Origin: Patescibacteria group bacterium
GTDB lineage: Bacteria; Patescibacteriota; WWE3; JAMCXX01
Length of the DNA: 64,000 nt
Assembly: GCA_023474425.1 (NCBI GenBank)
Contig: JAMCXX010000002.1
Location: 68,217-132,216, forward strand
Direction of reading: 5' to 3'
Position 1 is the stretch's first letter, and every line of letters starts with the position of its first letter. The notes below the pieces were generated by a model. That model saw nothing but the letters and a program-made list of their open reading frames with translations. It was not told where the DNA came from and did not search any database. The position numbers and the translations under genes were made by a program. Shown piece by piece: positions 48,645 through 58,477 of the stretch.

Positions 48645-51200
48645 ATGGTACCCTATTCTGCCTTTACCCGCCCAAACGAGAATGCTTTGGAACCCGGCAC
48701 GGAAATAGAGAAAAAACCGGAAAATCAAACGCCTTCGGAGCCGCTCAAAATTCTGCCCCGCGAAAACGAATCTCAAAAAGCTGTGAACAAAGAACCCGAA
48801 AGGGTTGTCCACCTTAAAGCTCGCGAAATTGAAACTCCTCAAATCAGCCAAAAAGAAAGTCAGATCGGTAACAATTCCCTACCGCTTTCGGAAACTGAAA
48901 TTAAGGAATACACCCGTTTTCCCATTTATACCGAGGTCCGCTGGCTGGCCGAGTGGAGCCTTAGGCAAATCAAAAAACTTAATCCTTTTTCTTCGCGCGG
49001 CGAAGTCGCTTCTTTAAATATGGTTTTTTTCGAGGTCACCACCCCACGTCAAAACGAAATTGAAATTCCGGCCGCCGAGCAGATGTTTGCCAATCTCGCC
49101 GGCCTCTACCGCGGCGGAATTTTTCACTTTTTAAAAAAACAGGTTTTCCTAAGCCTTGAAATCGTGGCCGATCCGGGAGAAATCCGTTTTGTGGTCGGCT
49201 GTCCAAAAGAGGTTAAAACCTTTGTGGAGAAACAGATTCACGGCTCCTACCCCGCGGCCGAAATTGTGGAAATTCCCGAATACAATCCTTTTAAAAAAGA
49301 GGGTTACGTTTCCCTAGCCGAGCTTGTTACCACAGGTCCCGCTTACTACTCCATTCAAACTTACAAGGAAGTGGAGGAGAAAATTGACCCCCTCAACAAC
49401 ATTACCTCGAGCCTTTCTAAACTTAACCCCAACGAGTCGGCTGTCATTCAAATAGCCATCTCCCCGGCCGGGCCGCATTGGTCGCAAAAAGGCCAGCGGG
49501 TGGTTTTTAAGTCCAAGAATGTGGACCCCGAGAAAAAACAATACGTCCTAGACGAACGGATTGTTGAAGGAATTAACAAAAAAATTGCCAAGCTGGGATT
49601 TTTTGCCGTCGTCCGCATTGTCTCCAGCTCGCCCGACCAAAATTCGGCCAAAATTCAGGCGGAAAACATTGCCCGCTCATTTGAGCAGTTTTCTGTGCCC
49701 CACCTGGCCTCTTTTCGCTCCAAGCCGATTTGGGTCAAAAAGTGGTTCATGCATGACTTTCTCTATCGCCACACGCCGCGTTTCCGGCACAACACCGTAC
49801 TTTCCACTGAAGAGTTAGCCACCATTTTTCACTTTCCGGGGAAACTTACTCAAACACCCAACATTAAGTGGATGCTTGCCAAAACCGGAGCACCGCCGCA
49901 AAACCTTCCGGCCGAAGGTTTGTATATAGGCATTTCCGCCTACCGCGGCGTACAAAAAGCGATTCATCTTAAAACCGACGACCGTCGACGCCATCTCTAT
50001 GTCATTGGGCAAACCGGCACGGGTAAATCGGAATTCTTAAAAATGCTGGCCCGCCAGGACATAAACGAAGGCCGTGGTTTGGCCTTTATTGACCCTCACG
50101 GCGATGCCGTGGAAGACTTACTCAAAACCATTCCCGAAAACCGGGTTGACGACGTCATTTATTTTGACCCCGGTGACACGCAGCGCCCACCGGGCCTAAA
50201 CATACTGGAAGCGGAAAGTGAAGAAGGAAAACATTTGGCCATTAACTCCTTTATTGCCCTCCTGTACAAACTCTACGACCCCAACCGCACCGGCATTATG
50301 GGGCCCCAGCTGGAGCGGGCCATCCGCAACGTAATGCTTACGGCCATGAGCGAGCCGGGAAATACTATGGTAGAAGTTTTGCGCCTCTTAACCGACCCGG
50401 CCTTTGCCAACTCCAAACTGCCGCTAATTGCCGACCCGTTAGTTAAGCGTTATTGGACCGATGAACTGGCCCGAACTTCCGATTTTCACAAGAGCGAAAA
50501 GCTGGGCTACTTTGTTTCCAAGTTCGACCGCTTTGTGACGGAAAAATTAATGAGAAACATTATTGGCCAGTCCACCTCCTCGTTTAACTTAAGGGGTGTA
50601 ATGGACCAAAAGAAAATTCTTCTAATCAATCTTTCCAAAGGCAAAATCGGCGAAGAAAATTCCAACTTTTTGGGGCTCATTCTCGTTCCCCGAATTCTCA
50701 TCGCCGCCATGAGCCGGGTGGACCAAAAGGAGGAAGAGCGGCAGGATTTTTACCTTTATGTGGACGAGTTCCAGAATTTTGCTACGCCGGACTTCGTGCA
50801 GATTCTCTCCGAAGCCCGCAAGTATCGCTTGAGCCTGCAGGTGGCTAATCAGTTTATTGGCCAGCTTGACGACAAAATTAAAGACGCCGTTTTTGGCAAT
50901 GTGGGCACAACCGTGGCCTTTAGGGTGGGTGCCGACGACGCCGAATATTTGGAGCACCAATTTGAGCCTTTATTTAACAAGTCTGATCTTTTGAACAGCC
51001 CCACCGGCCAGGCCTACATGCGCCTGCTTATTGACGGTCAGCCGTCAATACCTTTCTCCATGAAAGTTGATTGGAAAGTTATTTCGGCGGTGAGGAAGAA
51101 TTTAGAACTGGCGGAAAAAATTAAGGAAATCTCCCGCCAACGATATGGCCGAGATGCCAAACTCGTTGACGAGGAAATTAGGATTAGAAGCGGACTTTAA
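48645..51200 (+). CDS. HerA/TrwB/VirD4-like P-loop ATPase (CPR family)
   Basis: [50 protein letters not shown]. Confidence 0.88.
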   Translation: MVPYSAFTRPNENALEPGTEIEKKPENQTPSEPLKILPRENESQKAVNKEPERVVHLKAREIETPQISQKESQIGNNSLPLSETEIKEYTRFPIYTEVRWLAEWSLRQIKKLNPFSSRGEVASLNMVFFEVTTPRQNEIEIPAAEQMFANLAGLYRGGIFHFLKKQVFLSLEIVADPGEIRFVVGCPKEVKTFVEKQIHGSYPAAEIVEIPEYNPFKKEGYVSLAELVTTGPAYYSIQTYKEVEEKIDPLNNITSSLSKLNPNESAVIQIAISPAGPHWSQKGQRVVFKSKNVDPEKKQYVLDERIVEGINKKIAKLGFFAVVRIVSSSPDQNSAKIQAENIARSFEQFSVPHLASFRSKPIWVKKWFMHDFLYRHTPRFRHNTVLSTEELATIFHFPGKLTQTPNIKWMLAKTGAPPQNLPAEGLYIGISAYRGVQKAIHLKTDDRRRHLYVIGQTGTGKSEFLKMLARQDINEGRGLAFIDPHGDAVEDLLKTIPENRVDDVIYFDPGDTQRPPGLNILEAESEEGKHLAINSFIALLYKLYDPNRTGIMGPQLERAIRNVMLTAMSEPGNTMVEVLRLLTDPAFANSKLPLIADPLVKRYWTDELARTSDFHKSEKLGYFVSKFDRFVTEKLMRNIIGQSTSSFNLRGVMDQKKILLINLSKGKIGEENSNFLGLILVPRILIAAMSRVDQKEEERQDFYLYVDEFQNFATPDFVQILSEARKYRLSLQVANQFIGQLDDKIKDAVFGNVGTTVAFRVGADDAEYLEHQFEPLFNKSDLLNSPTGQAYMRLLIDGQPSIPFSMKVDWKVISAVRKNLELAEKIKEISRQRYGRDAKLVDEEIRIRSGL

Positions 51201-52147
51201 GTTATATCTCGTAACTCTTCCAAAAGCTCTCTTTCGCGCTTGCCGGGCTTTTTGGGGACGGCGATAATTATGCGCACATAGTGGTCACCGGTCCCACGAT
51301 TGGATTTAACACCCTTGCCTTTGATTCTAAAAACCGTGCCGCTCAAGGTACCGCTCGGAACCGAGAGCTTGACTGGACTCTGCACGGTCTCGACTTCTAT
51401 TTTGTCACCCAAAACCGCCTGCGGATAAGAAATTAAAACTTCCGAGAAAACGTCATCGCCCTCACGGTTAAACCGGGGATGTGTCCCTACCCGCAAACTA
51501 ATGTAAAGGTCCCCGTTTGGTAAATTCCGGCCATCGCGGGTGCGGCCCGGCTCACCTTCTCCGGCAAATCTAATCTTTGTTCCCGTACGGGCGCCTTGGG
51601 GAATTTTTACATGCAGGGTTTTGCCGTCAACGTTCACCGTTTTCTCCGAGCCGCTAACAGCTTCCATAAAATCTACATCCATTACATAACTTAAGTCGCG
51701 GCCCTTGTTCGGCTCCCGGCGTCCACCAAAACCTCTAAAACCGAATACGGATTCAAAAATGTCGAAGGGGTCGGCAAAGTCCCCTCCTTCAGAGAAACCC
51801 TCAAATCCATCAGCTGACGGACCGCCGGAAGAATAGGTATAGGTAAAGGGCCCCCACTGACCGGTTTGAGCGCCGCCAAAGGGGTTAAAGCCAGATTGTC
51901 CCGCGGAGCGGGATCCCGCCTCGCGGGAAAAGGCCGCGTGGCCAAAGCGGTCGTAGGCCGCCTTTTTCTGCGGGTCAGAAAGAATTTGGTAGGCTTCGTT
52001 AATTTCCTTAAAACGCGCCTCGGCTCCGGGGCTTTTGTCCACATCGGGATGGTGCTTGCGGGCCAATTCCCGGTAGGCCTTTTTAATTTCGTCGACTGCA
52101 GCGCCTTTTTTTAAACCCAATATTTCGTAATAGTCTCTTATTGGCAT
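51197..52147 (-). CDS. dnaJ: DnaJ-family co-chaperone lacking the Cys-rich zinc finger (class B)
   Basis: J-domain with HPD, G/F region with DIF, C-terminal GDLY; no cysteines. Confidence 0.92.
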   Translation of the reverse strand: MPIRDYYEILGLKKGAAVDEIKKAYRELARKHHPDVDKSPGAEARFKEINEAYQILSDPQKKAAYDRFGHAAFSREAGSRSAGQSGFNPFGGAQTGQWGPFTYTYSSGGPSADGFEGFSEGGDFADPFDIFESVFGFRGFGGRREPNKGRDLSYVMDVDFMEAVSGSEKTVNVDGKTLHVKIPQGARTGTKIRFAGEGEPGRTRDGRNLPNGDLYISLRVGTHPRFNREGDDVFSEVLISYPQAVLGDKIEVETVQSPVKLSVPSGTLSGTVFRIKGKGVKSNRGTGDHYVRIIIAVPKKPGKRERELLEELRDIT

Positions 52148-52187
52148 AAACCAAATTATACTCGGGAATTGTAAATGATGAGAAAAC

Positions 52188-52397
52188 TTAAAGAGGTTTC
52201 GCCGGCTGGACTTCCTTGCTTTGACAAATCATACACTCAAAATTCTCACCCTCCTTAAGACAATTGGGACAGATAAAAAGTCCGTCTCTTTCAATTAATT
52301 CCGACTCCTGGCAGTTGTTGCAGAGAAAGGCCACCGAATCGGCGGAAATGTTGCCGCAGTTTGGACAGTTGAATCTGACTTCTTTCTTTCGAGACAT
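52188..52397 (-). CDS. Small double zinc-finger protein (4 x CxxC)
   Basis: CPNC, CNNC, CPNC, CMIC in 69 aa, between dnaK and dnaJ. Confidence 0.75.
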   Translation of the reverse strand: MSRKKEVRFNCPNCGNISADSVAFLCNNCQESELIERDGLFICPNCLKEGENFECMICQSKEVQPAKPL

Positions 52398-52489
52398 AAA
52401 AACAGGTCTTTAGGCAAAAGATCTGAAGGTCTGCAGCAGTCTTCTCGAAAGAACTTCTGACCTAAAAACCTGCTGACCTTCTACCCTAA

Positions 52490-54415
52490 TTACTCTTCCA
52501 CCACTTCTCCCTCTTTAACTTCTCCTCCGTTGTCGCCGTTTTGGCCGTCGGTTGAAGGCCCGGACTGCGGACCGCTGCCCTGACCGCCTTGAGGCCCGCC
52601 CGTACCGCCTTCTGGTGAGCTTGCCGAACCATACATAGACTGACCAATCTGCTGCATAGCCCGCGAAAGCTCGTCGGTCTTATTCTTAAGAACCTCCAGA
52701 CTGGCACTCGAAAGAACGTCCCTCAAATCCTTGATTTTTGCCTCCACTTCGGCGCGCACGGATGCCGGAACTTTTTCTCCTCCGTCTCTTAAAGCTTTCT
52801 CCGCGGCATAACACATATTATCGGCAACATTTCGGGCCTCCACAAGTTCTTTGCGCGATTTGTCCTCGCCGGCGTGAGCCTCGGCTTCCTTTTGCATACG
52901 GTCAACTTCTTCTTTGGAAAGACCGGTGGAGCCGGTGATGGTTATTTTTTGTTCCTTGCCGGTGGCCTTATCTTTGGCACTAACGTGGAGAATGCCGTTG
53001 GCGTCAATGTCAAAAAGAACTTCCACCTGGGGCACGCCGCGGGGCGCTGGGGCAATCCCGTCCAAAATAAAACGGCCGAGGGATTTGTTGTCCGCGGCCA
53101 TGGGGCGCTCACCCTGCAAAACATTAATTTCTACCGAGGTTTGATTGTCCGCGGCCGTGGAAAAGATTTCGGACTTGGAGGTGGGAACGGTGGTGTTGCG
53201 GGCAATGAGCACCGTATCCACGCCGCCCATTGTTTCGATGCCTAGTGAAAGCGGGGTCACATCTAAAAGCAAAACGTCCTTAACTTCGCCGCCCAAGACG
53301 CCGCCCTGAATAGCCGCGCCCACGGCCACAACTTCGTCGGGATTAACTCCTTTGTGCGGCTCCTTACCAAAAAAGCTTTTAACCCGCTCCTGAACCTTTG
53401 GCATGCGGGTCATACCGCCTACGAGAACTACTTCGTCAACTTTGCCGGCTTCCAGCCCGGCGTCTTTTAGAGCCTGTTGGCAGGATTCAAATGACCTATC
53501 CACTAAATCCTCGGTGAGTTGCTCCAGCTTGGCCCGGGTGAGCTTGGTTACCAAATGCTTGGGGCCGGTTGAGTCGGCCGTAATATAGGGAATATTAATC
53601 TCCGCCTCCAGCGATGAAGAGAGTTCAATTTTGGCCCGCTCAGCCGCATCCCTGATTCTCTGCAAAGCCTGGCGGTCTTTGGCAAGGTCAATCCCCTCCG
53701 TCTTCCGGAAATTTTCGGTCAGATAATTAATAACCCGCTGATCAAAATCATCACCGCCCAGGTGGGTATCCCCGGCCGTGGACTTAACCTCAAAAACTCC
53801 CTCGCCCAACTCCAAAACGGAAACGTCAAAAGTGCCGCCGCCCAAATCGTAAACCACAATCGTGTGGGAATGAGTTTTATCCAAGCCGTAAGCCAGAGCC
53901 GCCGCGGTGGGTTCGTTAATAATTCTTTTGACGGTAAGACCGGCAATTTCCCCCGCCTGCTTGGTGGCCTGACGCTGAGAATCATCAAAATAGGCCGGCA
54001 CGGTAATGACCGCCTCGGTCACTTTTTCTCCCAAGTAACTCTCCGCGTCGGTTTTAATCTTAGAAAGAATTTTTGCGGAAATTTCCTGCGGCGTAAAAGT
54101 TTGGCCCTCCACCTCGACCACGGCCATATCGTTGGCGCCGGATTTAATTGTGTAGGGAAGCCATTTAATATCAAACTGCACCGAAGGGTCGGAAAACTTG
54201 CGGCCCATAAGCCTCTTAATCGAAAAAATGGTGTTTTTAGGATTGACTATGGCCTGCCGTTTAGCCACATCGCCGACCAGATTTTTGATCGGGTCCACCA
54301 CCGAGGGAATCACATTGCGGCCCTCGCTGCTGTAAATAACCTTAGGTTTGCCGCCTTCCATAACGGCCACGCAGGAGTTGGTTGTTCCCAAATCAATTCC
54401 GATAATTTTGCTCAT
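52490..54415 (-). CDS. dnaK: Chaperone DnaK
   Basis: [38 protein letters not shown]. Confidence 0.99.
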   Translation of the reverse strand: MSKIIGIDLGTTNSCVAVMEGGKPKVIYSSEGRNVIPSVVDPIKNLVGDVAKRQAIVNPKNTIFSIKRLMGRKFSDPSVQFDIKWLPYTIKSGANDMAVVEVEGQTFTPQEISAKILSKIKTDAESYLGEKVTEAVITVPAYFDDSQRQATKQAGEIAGLTVKRIINEPTAAALAYGLDKTHSHTIVVYDLGGGTFDVSVLELGEGVFEVKSTAGDTHLGGDDFDQRVINYLTENFRKTEGIDLAKDRQALQRIRDAAERAKIELSSSLEAEINIPYITADSTGPKHLVTKLTRAKLEQLTEDLVDRSFESCQQALKDAGLEAGKVDEVVLVGGMTRMPKVQERVKSFFGKEPHKGVNPDEVVAVGAAIQGGVLGGEVKDVLLLDVTPLSLGIETMGGVDTVLIARNTTVPTSKSEIFSTAADNQTSVEINVLQGERPMAADNKSLGRFILDGIAPAPRGVPQVEVLFDIDANGILHVSAKDKATGKEQKITITGSTGLSKEEVDRMQKEAEAHAGEDKSRKELVEARNVADNMCYAAEKALRDGGEKVPASVRAEVEAKIKDLRDVLSSASLEVLKNKTDELSRAMQQIGQSMYGSASSPEGGTGGPQGGQGSGPQSGPSTDGQNGDNGGEVKEGEVVEE

Positions 54416-54441
54416 AATTCTGAATCTTTAATCTTAAAGCA

Positions 54442-54900
54442 TCAGGCAACCTTCGAAACCTTAACTTTCGCCGGTCTTAAAACCTTCTCTCCTATTATAT
54501 AACCCTTGGCAACTACCTCAACAACTTTTGAATCTTCGCTGCCGGCAACTACCTCAACACACTCCTGAAAATTCGGGTCGAAGCTATCCCCAGCCTTAAC
54601 CTGAATTTCTTCTAACCCCTCGCCGGTTAAAATTGACTTAAAATCATCGATGATTATGCCTAGACCGCGATCGTTAGAGTGGGCCCGGGCCAGCTCCAGG
54701 TGGTCCAAAACGGTTAAGAGTCGAGCGAGAAGTAAGCGGTTGGAAAATTTGGCCCAGTCCTCTTTTTCCTTGGCCGTTCTTTTTTCCAAATTCTGGTAAT
54801 CGGCTACGGCTCTCTTCCATTTATTGGTCAAATCGGCGACTTCTTTTTCCAAGTCGATGATCTTTTGTTGAAACTCGTCGGTCGAAACTGCATCGTTCAT
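54442..54900 (-). CDS. grpE: Nucleotide exchange factor GrpE
   Basis: RAVADYQNLEKR, FDPN, KGY..LRPAKVKV. Confidence 0.95.
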   Translation of the reverse strand: MNDAVSTDEFQQKIIDLEKEVADLTNKWKRAVADYQNLEKRTAKEKEDWAKFSNRLLLARLLTVLDHLELARAHSNDRGLGIIIDDFKSILTGEGLEEIQVKAGDSFDPNFQECVEVVAGSEDSKVVEVVAKGYIIGEKVLRPAKVKVSKVA

Positions 54901-54941
54901 AATGTTACCTTTACCCTATTTTTTAATAACTGTAAAGAAAA

Positions 54942-55673
54942 TTATTTTGAGGATTTTCCGATTTCGACAATCAGAGAACGGAGAAATTTAAAGAGCGGCA
55001 GAACCTTTTTATAAACCATCCGCCGCGGGCCAATGACGCCAAATCTTAACGGTTTCTTACTATCCGCCACTTCGGTAAAAACCAAGCAAACCGGCAAAAG
55101 ATTGGGGTTGCCCAGCTCTTCGCCCATCAAAATGTGTATTTCCCTGTCGGCCGTAGCCTTATTAAGAATTCCGCCCAAAATGTCTTCGTGATCCAAAAGG
55201 TTAAGTACGGCCCGGGTCACCTCAATGTCGAAAAATTCCGGATGATTTAAAACATTGACGGCGCCGGAGTGAAGAACATACTCGTCTCCAGTAGAAACAA
55301 AAGATAAGTAACCGGTATTTTCGGACAAAGTCAGAGCCAACTTACCCAAAAGTTTTTCCGTCTCAAACCGGTCCGCCCAGAGGCGCTGCTTAACGGCCAC
55401 TTCGGTGAGTACCGGCATAACCTCCTCCTCCATGAGGGAATCCAGATAGAGTCGCAGTCCAAGGGGTGTGGGCACCCGCCCCGAGGAGCTGTGGGTTTTG
55501 GCGACCAGTCCTTTTTCAATTAACTTGACCATCTCGTTCCTTACCGTCGCCGCCGAAACTTTAAGGCCGTGCTTTTTGACCATCTCCACCGAGCCTACCG
55601 GCTTGGCCGAGTTAATGTAGTCCTCAATGACAATTTTTAAAAGGTCTGTTTGCCGTGAAGTTGGTTGTTCCAT
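54942..55673 (-). CDS. hrcA: Heat-inducible repressor HrcA (short form)
   Basis: YINSAKPVGS, SAATVRNEM, HSSSGRVPT, GVIGPRRM.Y. Confidence 0.95.
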   Translation of the reverse strand: MEQPTSRQTDLLKIVIEDYINSAKPVGSVEMVKKHGLKVSAATVRNEMVKLIEKGLVAKTHSSSGRVPTPLGLRLYLDSLMEEEVMPVLTEVAVKQRLWADRFETEKLLGKLALTLSENTGYLSFVSTGDEYVLHSGAVNVLNHPEFFDIEVTRAVLNLLDHEDILGGILNKATADREIHILMGEELGNPNLLPVCLVFTEVADSKKPLRFGVIGPRRMVYKKVLPLFKFLRSLIVEIGKSSK

Positions 55674-55675
55674 CC

Positions 55676-55710
55676 TTAGCAATCTATAACACCTTCTGAC
55701 AGCTTGTCAA
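55676..55710 (-). promoter_or_regulatory. hrcA promoter overlapping a degenerate CIRCE
   Basis: TTGACA-N18-TAGATT; one near-consensus CIRCE arm (GATTGCTAA vs GAGTGCTAA), other arm weak (CTGTCAGAA). Confidence 0.55.
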
Positions 55711-55743
55711 TAGATGTGGGGTATCATAATTAGTTGCCTTACC

Positions 55744-55882
55744 GTACAAAAATGCCGTGCGACCCGCCTGCCAGAGCTAATTCCCGGAAAGCTTATCTAA
55801 CCATAAGAGAAAAACAATTGACCAGATCTAATTTGATTTGGGGTTTAGGCATAGCGGGCAGGTCGCATGGTAAAAAAATGTA
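55744..55882 (+). ncRNA. Candidate structured RNA or miniature element, copy 2
   Basis: Near-duplicate of 31651-31790; helix TGCCGTGCGACC/GGTCGCATGGTA with G-U pairs on the + strand, outer TACA/TGTA. Confidence 0.45.
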
Positions 55883-55924
55883 ATTAGGTTCTGCGCTGAT
55901 TTGGCTAAATTCCAGATATATCTA

Positions 55925-57775
55925 TCAACTAACCTTTAGCAACTTGGTAAAAACTTCCTTGGGGATATCTATTTTGCCAAACCTTTTGAGTCTCTCCTTG
56001 CCTCTCTTTTGTTTTTCCAAAAGTTTGTCTTTGCGCTCGCGGTGGCCTCCGCTCATCTTGGCCAAAACATTTTTACGCATGGCTGGGATATCCTCACGGG
56101 CAACGATCTTTCCGCCAACGGCGGCCTGAATAGCCACAGGAAACTGCTGGCGCGGCAGGAGATCTTTGAGCTTAGCCGTAACAGCTTTGCCCAATTTTTG
56201 GGCCTTTTCTTTTACGACTATTTGAGACAGAGGATCAACCGGCTCACCCGCCACCAAAATATCCAAACGACAGACCTCGGCCGGACGAAACTCCAAAAAT
56301 TCGTAATCCAGGGAAGCATAACCCGATGTAGTAGATTTGAGCTTGTCATAAAAGTCATAAAGCATTTCCGAAAGAGGCATTTGGTAAGTAACCTTCACCG
56401 AGCTGCCCAAGTATTCGGTACCAAAAGGAACTCCCCGATATTCCTGACAAAGATTCAAAACAGTCCCAAGATAAGCTCCGGGAACGAAAATAGAAACTCT
56501 TAACCACGGTTCACTAATTTTTTGCTGGCCGTAAATAACCGGAAGATTGGAAGCGGAATTTATTAGGATTTTTTCCCCTGCTTCCTTTTCCAAGAGGTAG
56601 GGTACGGATGGAAGGGTTGTAATCAAGTCCATTTTGTATTCGCGCTCTAACCTCTCGCGAATAATGTCAGAATGCAAAAAACCTAAGAAACCGCAGCGAA
56701 AACCGTTACCGAGGGCTTTGGACGACTCCGGTTCAAATGTAATACTGCTATCGGTGAGATATATTTTTTCCAGGGCCGTTCGAAGCTTCAGGAAGTCTCC
56801 CCCGTTTAAAGGATAGAAACCCAAATAAACCATTGGCTTTGGCTCCCGATAGCCGGGTAGCGGGGCAATTGAAAATTGAGAATTGAGAACTGAGACTTTT
56901 GTGATGGTATCGCCAATCTTAATTTTTCTTAAGTCTTTTACTCCCGTGGCCACATAGCCAACCTCTCCTACCAAAAGACGGTCAACTTTTTCCCTCTTAG
57001 GAGAAAAAACTCCAAGCTCTATGCAGGCCGCCCGGAAATTATTTGAAAGAAAAAGAAGGTCATCGCCAATGTTGAGCTCGCCGTCAAATACCCGAACAAA
57101 GGCCAGAGCGCCCAGGTGTTCGTCGTAGACGGAATCAAAAATAAGCGCGCGCAGGTTGTGGTTATCCATCGAAGCGGGCGGCGGAATCTTTCCTAAAATA
57201 CTTCCTAAAAGTCCTTCTACGCCCTCCCCGGTTTTCGCCGACCCAAGAAAAATGTCCTCGGATTTCATACTAAAAGCGTCTTCCAATTCGCGAACAACCT
57301 TTTCGGGCTGCGCGGCAGGAAGATCTGTTTTATTAATAAAAGCGATAATCTTTAACTTCTGTTCCATTGCTTTGTAAACATTGGCCACGGTTTGGGCCTC
57401 AATCCCCTGCGTCGCGTCAACTACCAAAACAGCCCCTTCGCAGGCGGCCAGCGACCGCGAGACCTCGTAACCAAAGTCCACATGCCCGGGCGTGTCAATC
57501 ATGTTGAGCTGATAGTCGGGGGCCCCCAGAAGCTTTAGCGAAGTGGGGTTGTAGTTCATCCTAACAGCCTTAAGCTTTATGGTGATTCCGCGTTCGCGCT
57601 CCAAGTCCATAGAATCCAGAAACTGCTCGCGCATTTCCCGCCTGGTTACGGATCCTGTTAACTCCAAAATACGGTCGGCCAGCGTGGATTTTCCGTGATC
57701 CACATGGGCAATAATACTAAAGTTTCTAATCCTTTCCGGACCGTAAGAGGTAGCGCTTTCATTTGCTTTAGACAT
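55925..57775 (-). CDS. lepA: Elongation factor 4 LepA
   Basis: IRNFSIIAHVDHGKSTLAD, ERERGITIK, GFRCGFLG, KLLEKQK.GK. Confidence 0.98.
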   Translation of the reverse strand: MSKANESATSYGPERIRNFSIIAHVDHGKSTLADRILELTGSVTRREMREQFLDSMDLERERGITIKLKAVRMNYNPTSLKLLGAPDYQLNMIDTPGHVDFGYEVSRSLAACEGAVLVVDATQGIEAQTVANVYKAMEQKLKIIAFINKTDLPAAQPEKVVRELEDAFSMKSEDIFLGSAKTGEGVEGLLGSILGKIPPPASMDNHNLRALIFDSVYDEHLGALAFVRVFDGELNIGDDLLFLSNNFRAACIELGVFSPKREKVDRLLVGEVGYVATGVKDLRKIKIGDTITKVSVLNSQFSIAPLPGYREPKPMVYLGFYPLNGGDFLKLRTALEKIYLTDSSITFEPESSKALGNGFRCGFLGFLHSDIIRERLEREYKMDLITTLPSVPYLLEKEAGEKILINSASNLPVIYGQQKISEPWLRVSIFVPGAYLGTVLNLCQEYRGVPFGTEYLGSSVKVTYQMPLSEMLYDFYDKLKSTTSGYASLDYEFLEFRPAEVCRLDILVAGEPVDPLSQIVVKEKAQKLGKAVTAKLKDLLPRQQFPVAIQAAVGGKIVAREDIPAMRKNVLAKMSGGHRERKDKLLEKQKRGKERLKRFGKIDIPKEVFTKLLKVS

Positions 57776-57823
57776 AAAAATAAACTTTGACACTAAACCG
57801 AAGCGGGAACTATATTTAAGGTA

Positions 57824-58477
57824 ATGAGAAAAATACTGCCGGCTCTTCTTCTGTCCCTGGTCATTCCCGCCCTCTCCGCCGCTTCGGCTTTCGCGGCCGG
57901 TACTTTGAGCCTAACGCCCCAAACCCAGACGGTAAAGGTTGGCGACAATTTCAATGTGACCGTCAAATTTGATACCGGCGGCGAGACAGTCAAGAGTGTT
58001 GCCGCCTCCATAACTTTTCCGGCTTCCCTACTTTCGGTGGCCACGGACGGTATCCAAACTACGGGCACGGCCATAACCAACTGGAAGGAAAGAATCTACA
58101 GCAATCAGTCCGGGACAATTAACTTAACCGGCGACACAGCAACTTCCACTTCCGGAAACGTCTTGGCCACAATTACCTTTACCACCAAGGCCTTAGGCAC
58201 GGCAAGTGTCGCTTTTGATTCTGGCTCCCAAATTCTGCGCACAGCCGACTCAACCAATATTCTGGACTTAAAAACCTCAGCGGGTGGAACCTACACTATC
58301 GCCGCAACTCTTGCCACAACAACAACGACAACAACCGGTACCCAAACGGCCACCACCTCCGGGCAAATTCCCAACAATGTCGGGGACGATACGCCGACAA
58401 AAATCTTTCTTTTCGGCGCGGGCGTTGCGGCTACTCTTGGAATAGTTCTCCTAAGAAGGTCGGGCCAAACCCCCTAA
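57824..58477 (+). CDS. Secreted cohesin/Ig-like protein with sortase-type C-terminal sorting signal
   Basis: Signal peptide (SAAFA), LSLTP..VKVGDNFNVTV, LATITF, Thr-rich linker, IPNNVG-TM-RR. Confidence 0.78.
   Translation: MRKILPALLLSLVIPALSAASAFAAGTLSLTPQTQTVKVGDNFNVTVKFDTGGETVKSVAASITFPASLLSVATDGIQTTGTAITNWKERIYSNQSGTINLTGDTATSTSGNVLATITFTTKALGTASVAFDSGSQILRTADSTNILDLKTSAGGTYTIAATLATTTTTTTGTQTATTSGQIPNNVGDDTPTKIFLFGAGVAATLGIVLLRRSGQTP

Noticed and set aside
4451..52487. CRISPR array
   Set aside because: Repeat units are 7-10 nt and abut without unique spacers; no cas genes.
31663..55867. DGR template/variable repeat pair, suggested by A/G differences between the duplicated elements
   Set aside because: Differences go in both directions and are transitions only, neither copy lies in a target gene, and no reverse transcriptase is in the window.
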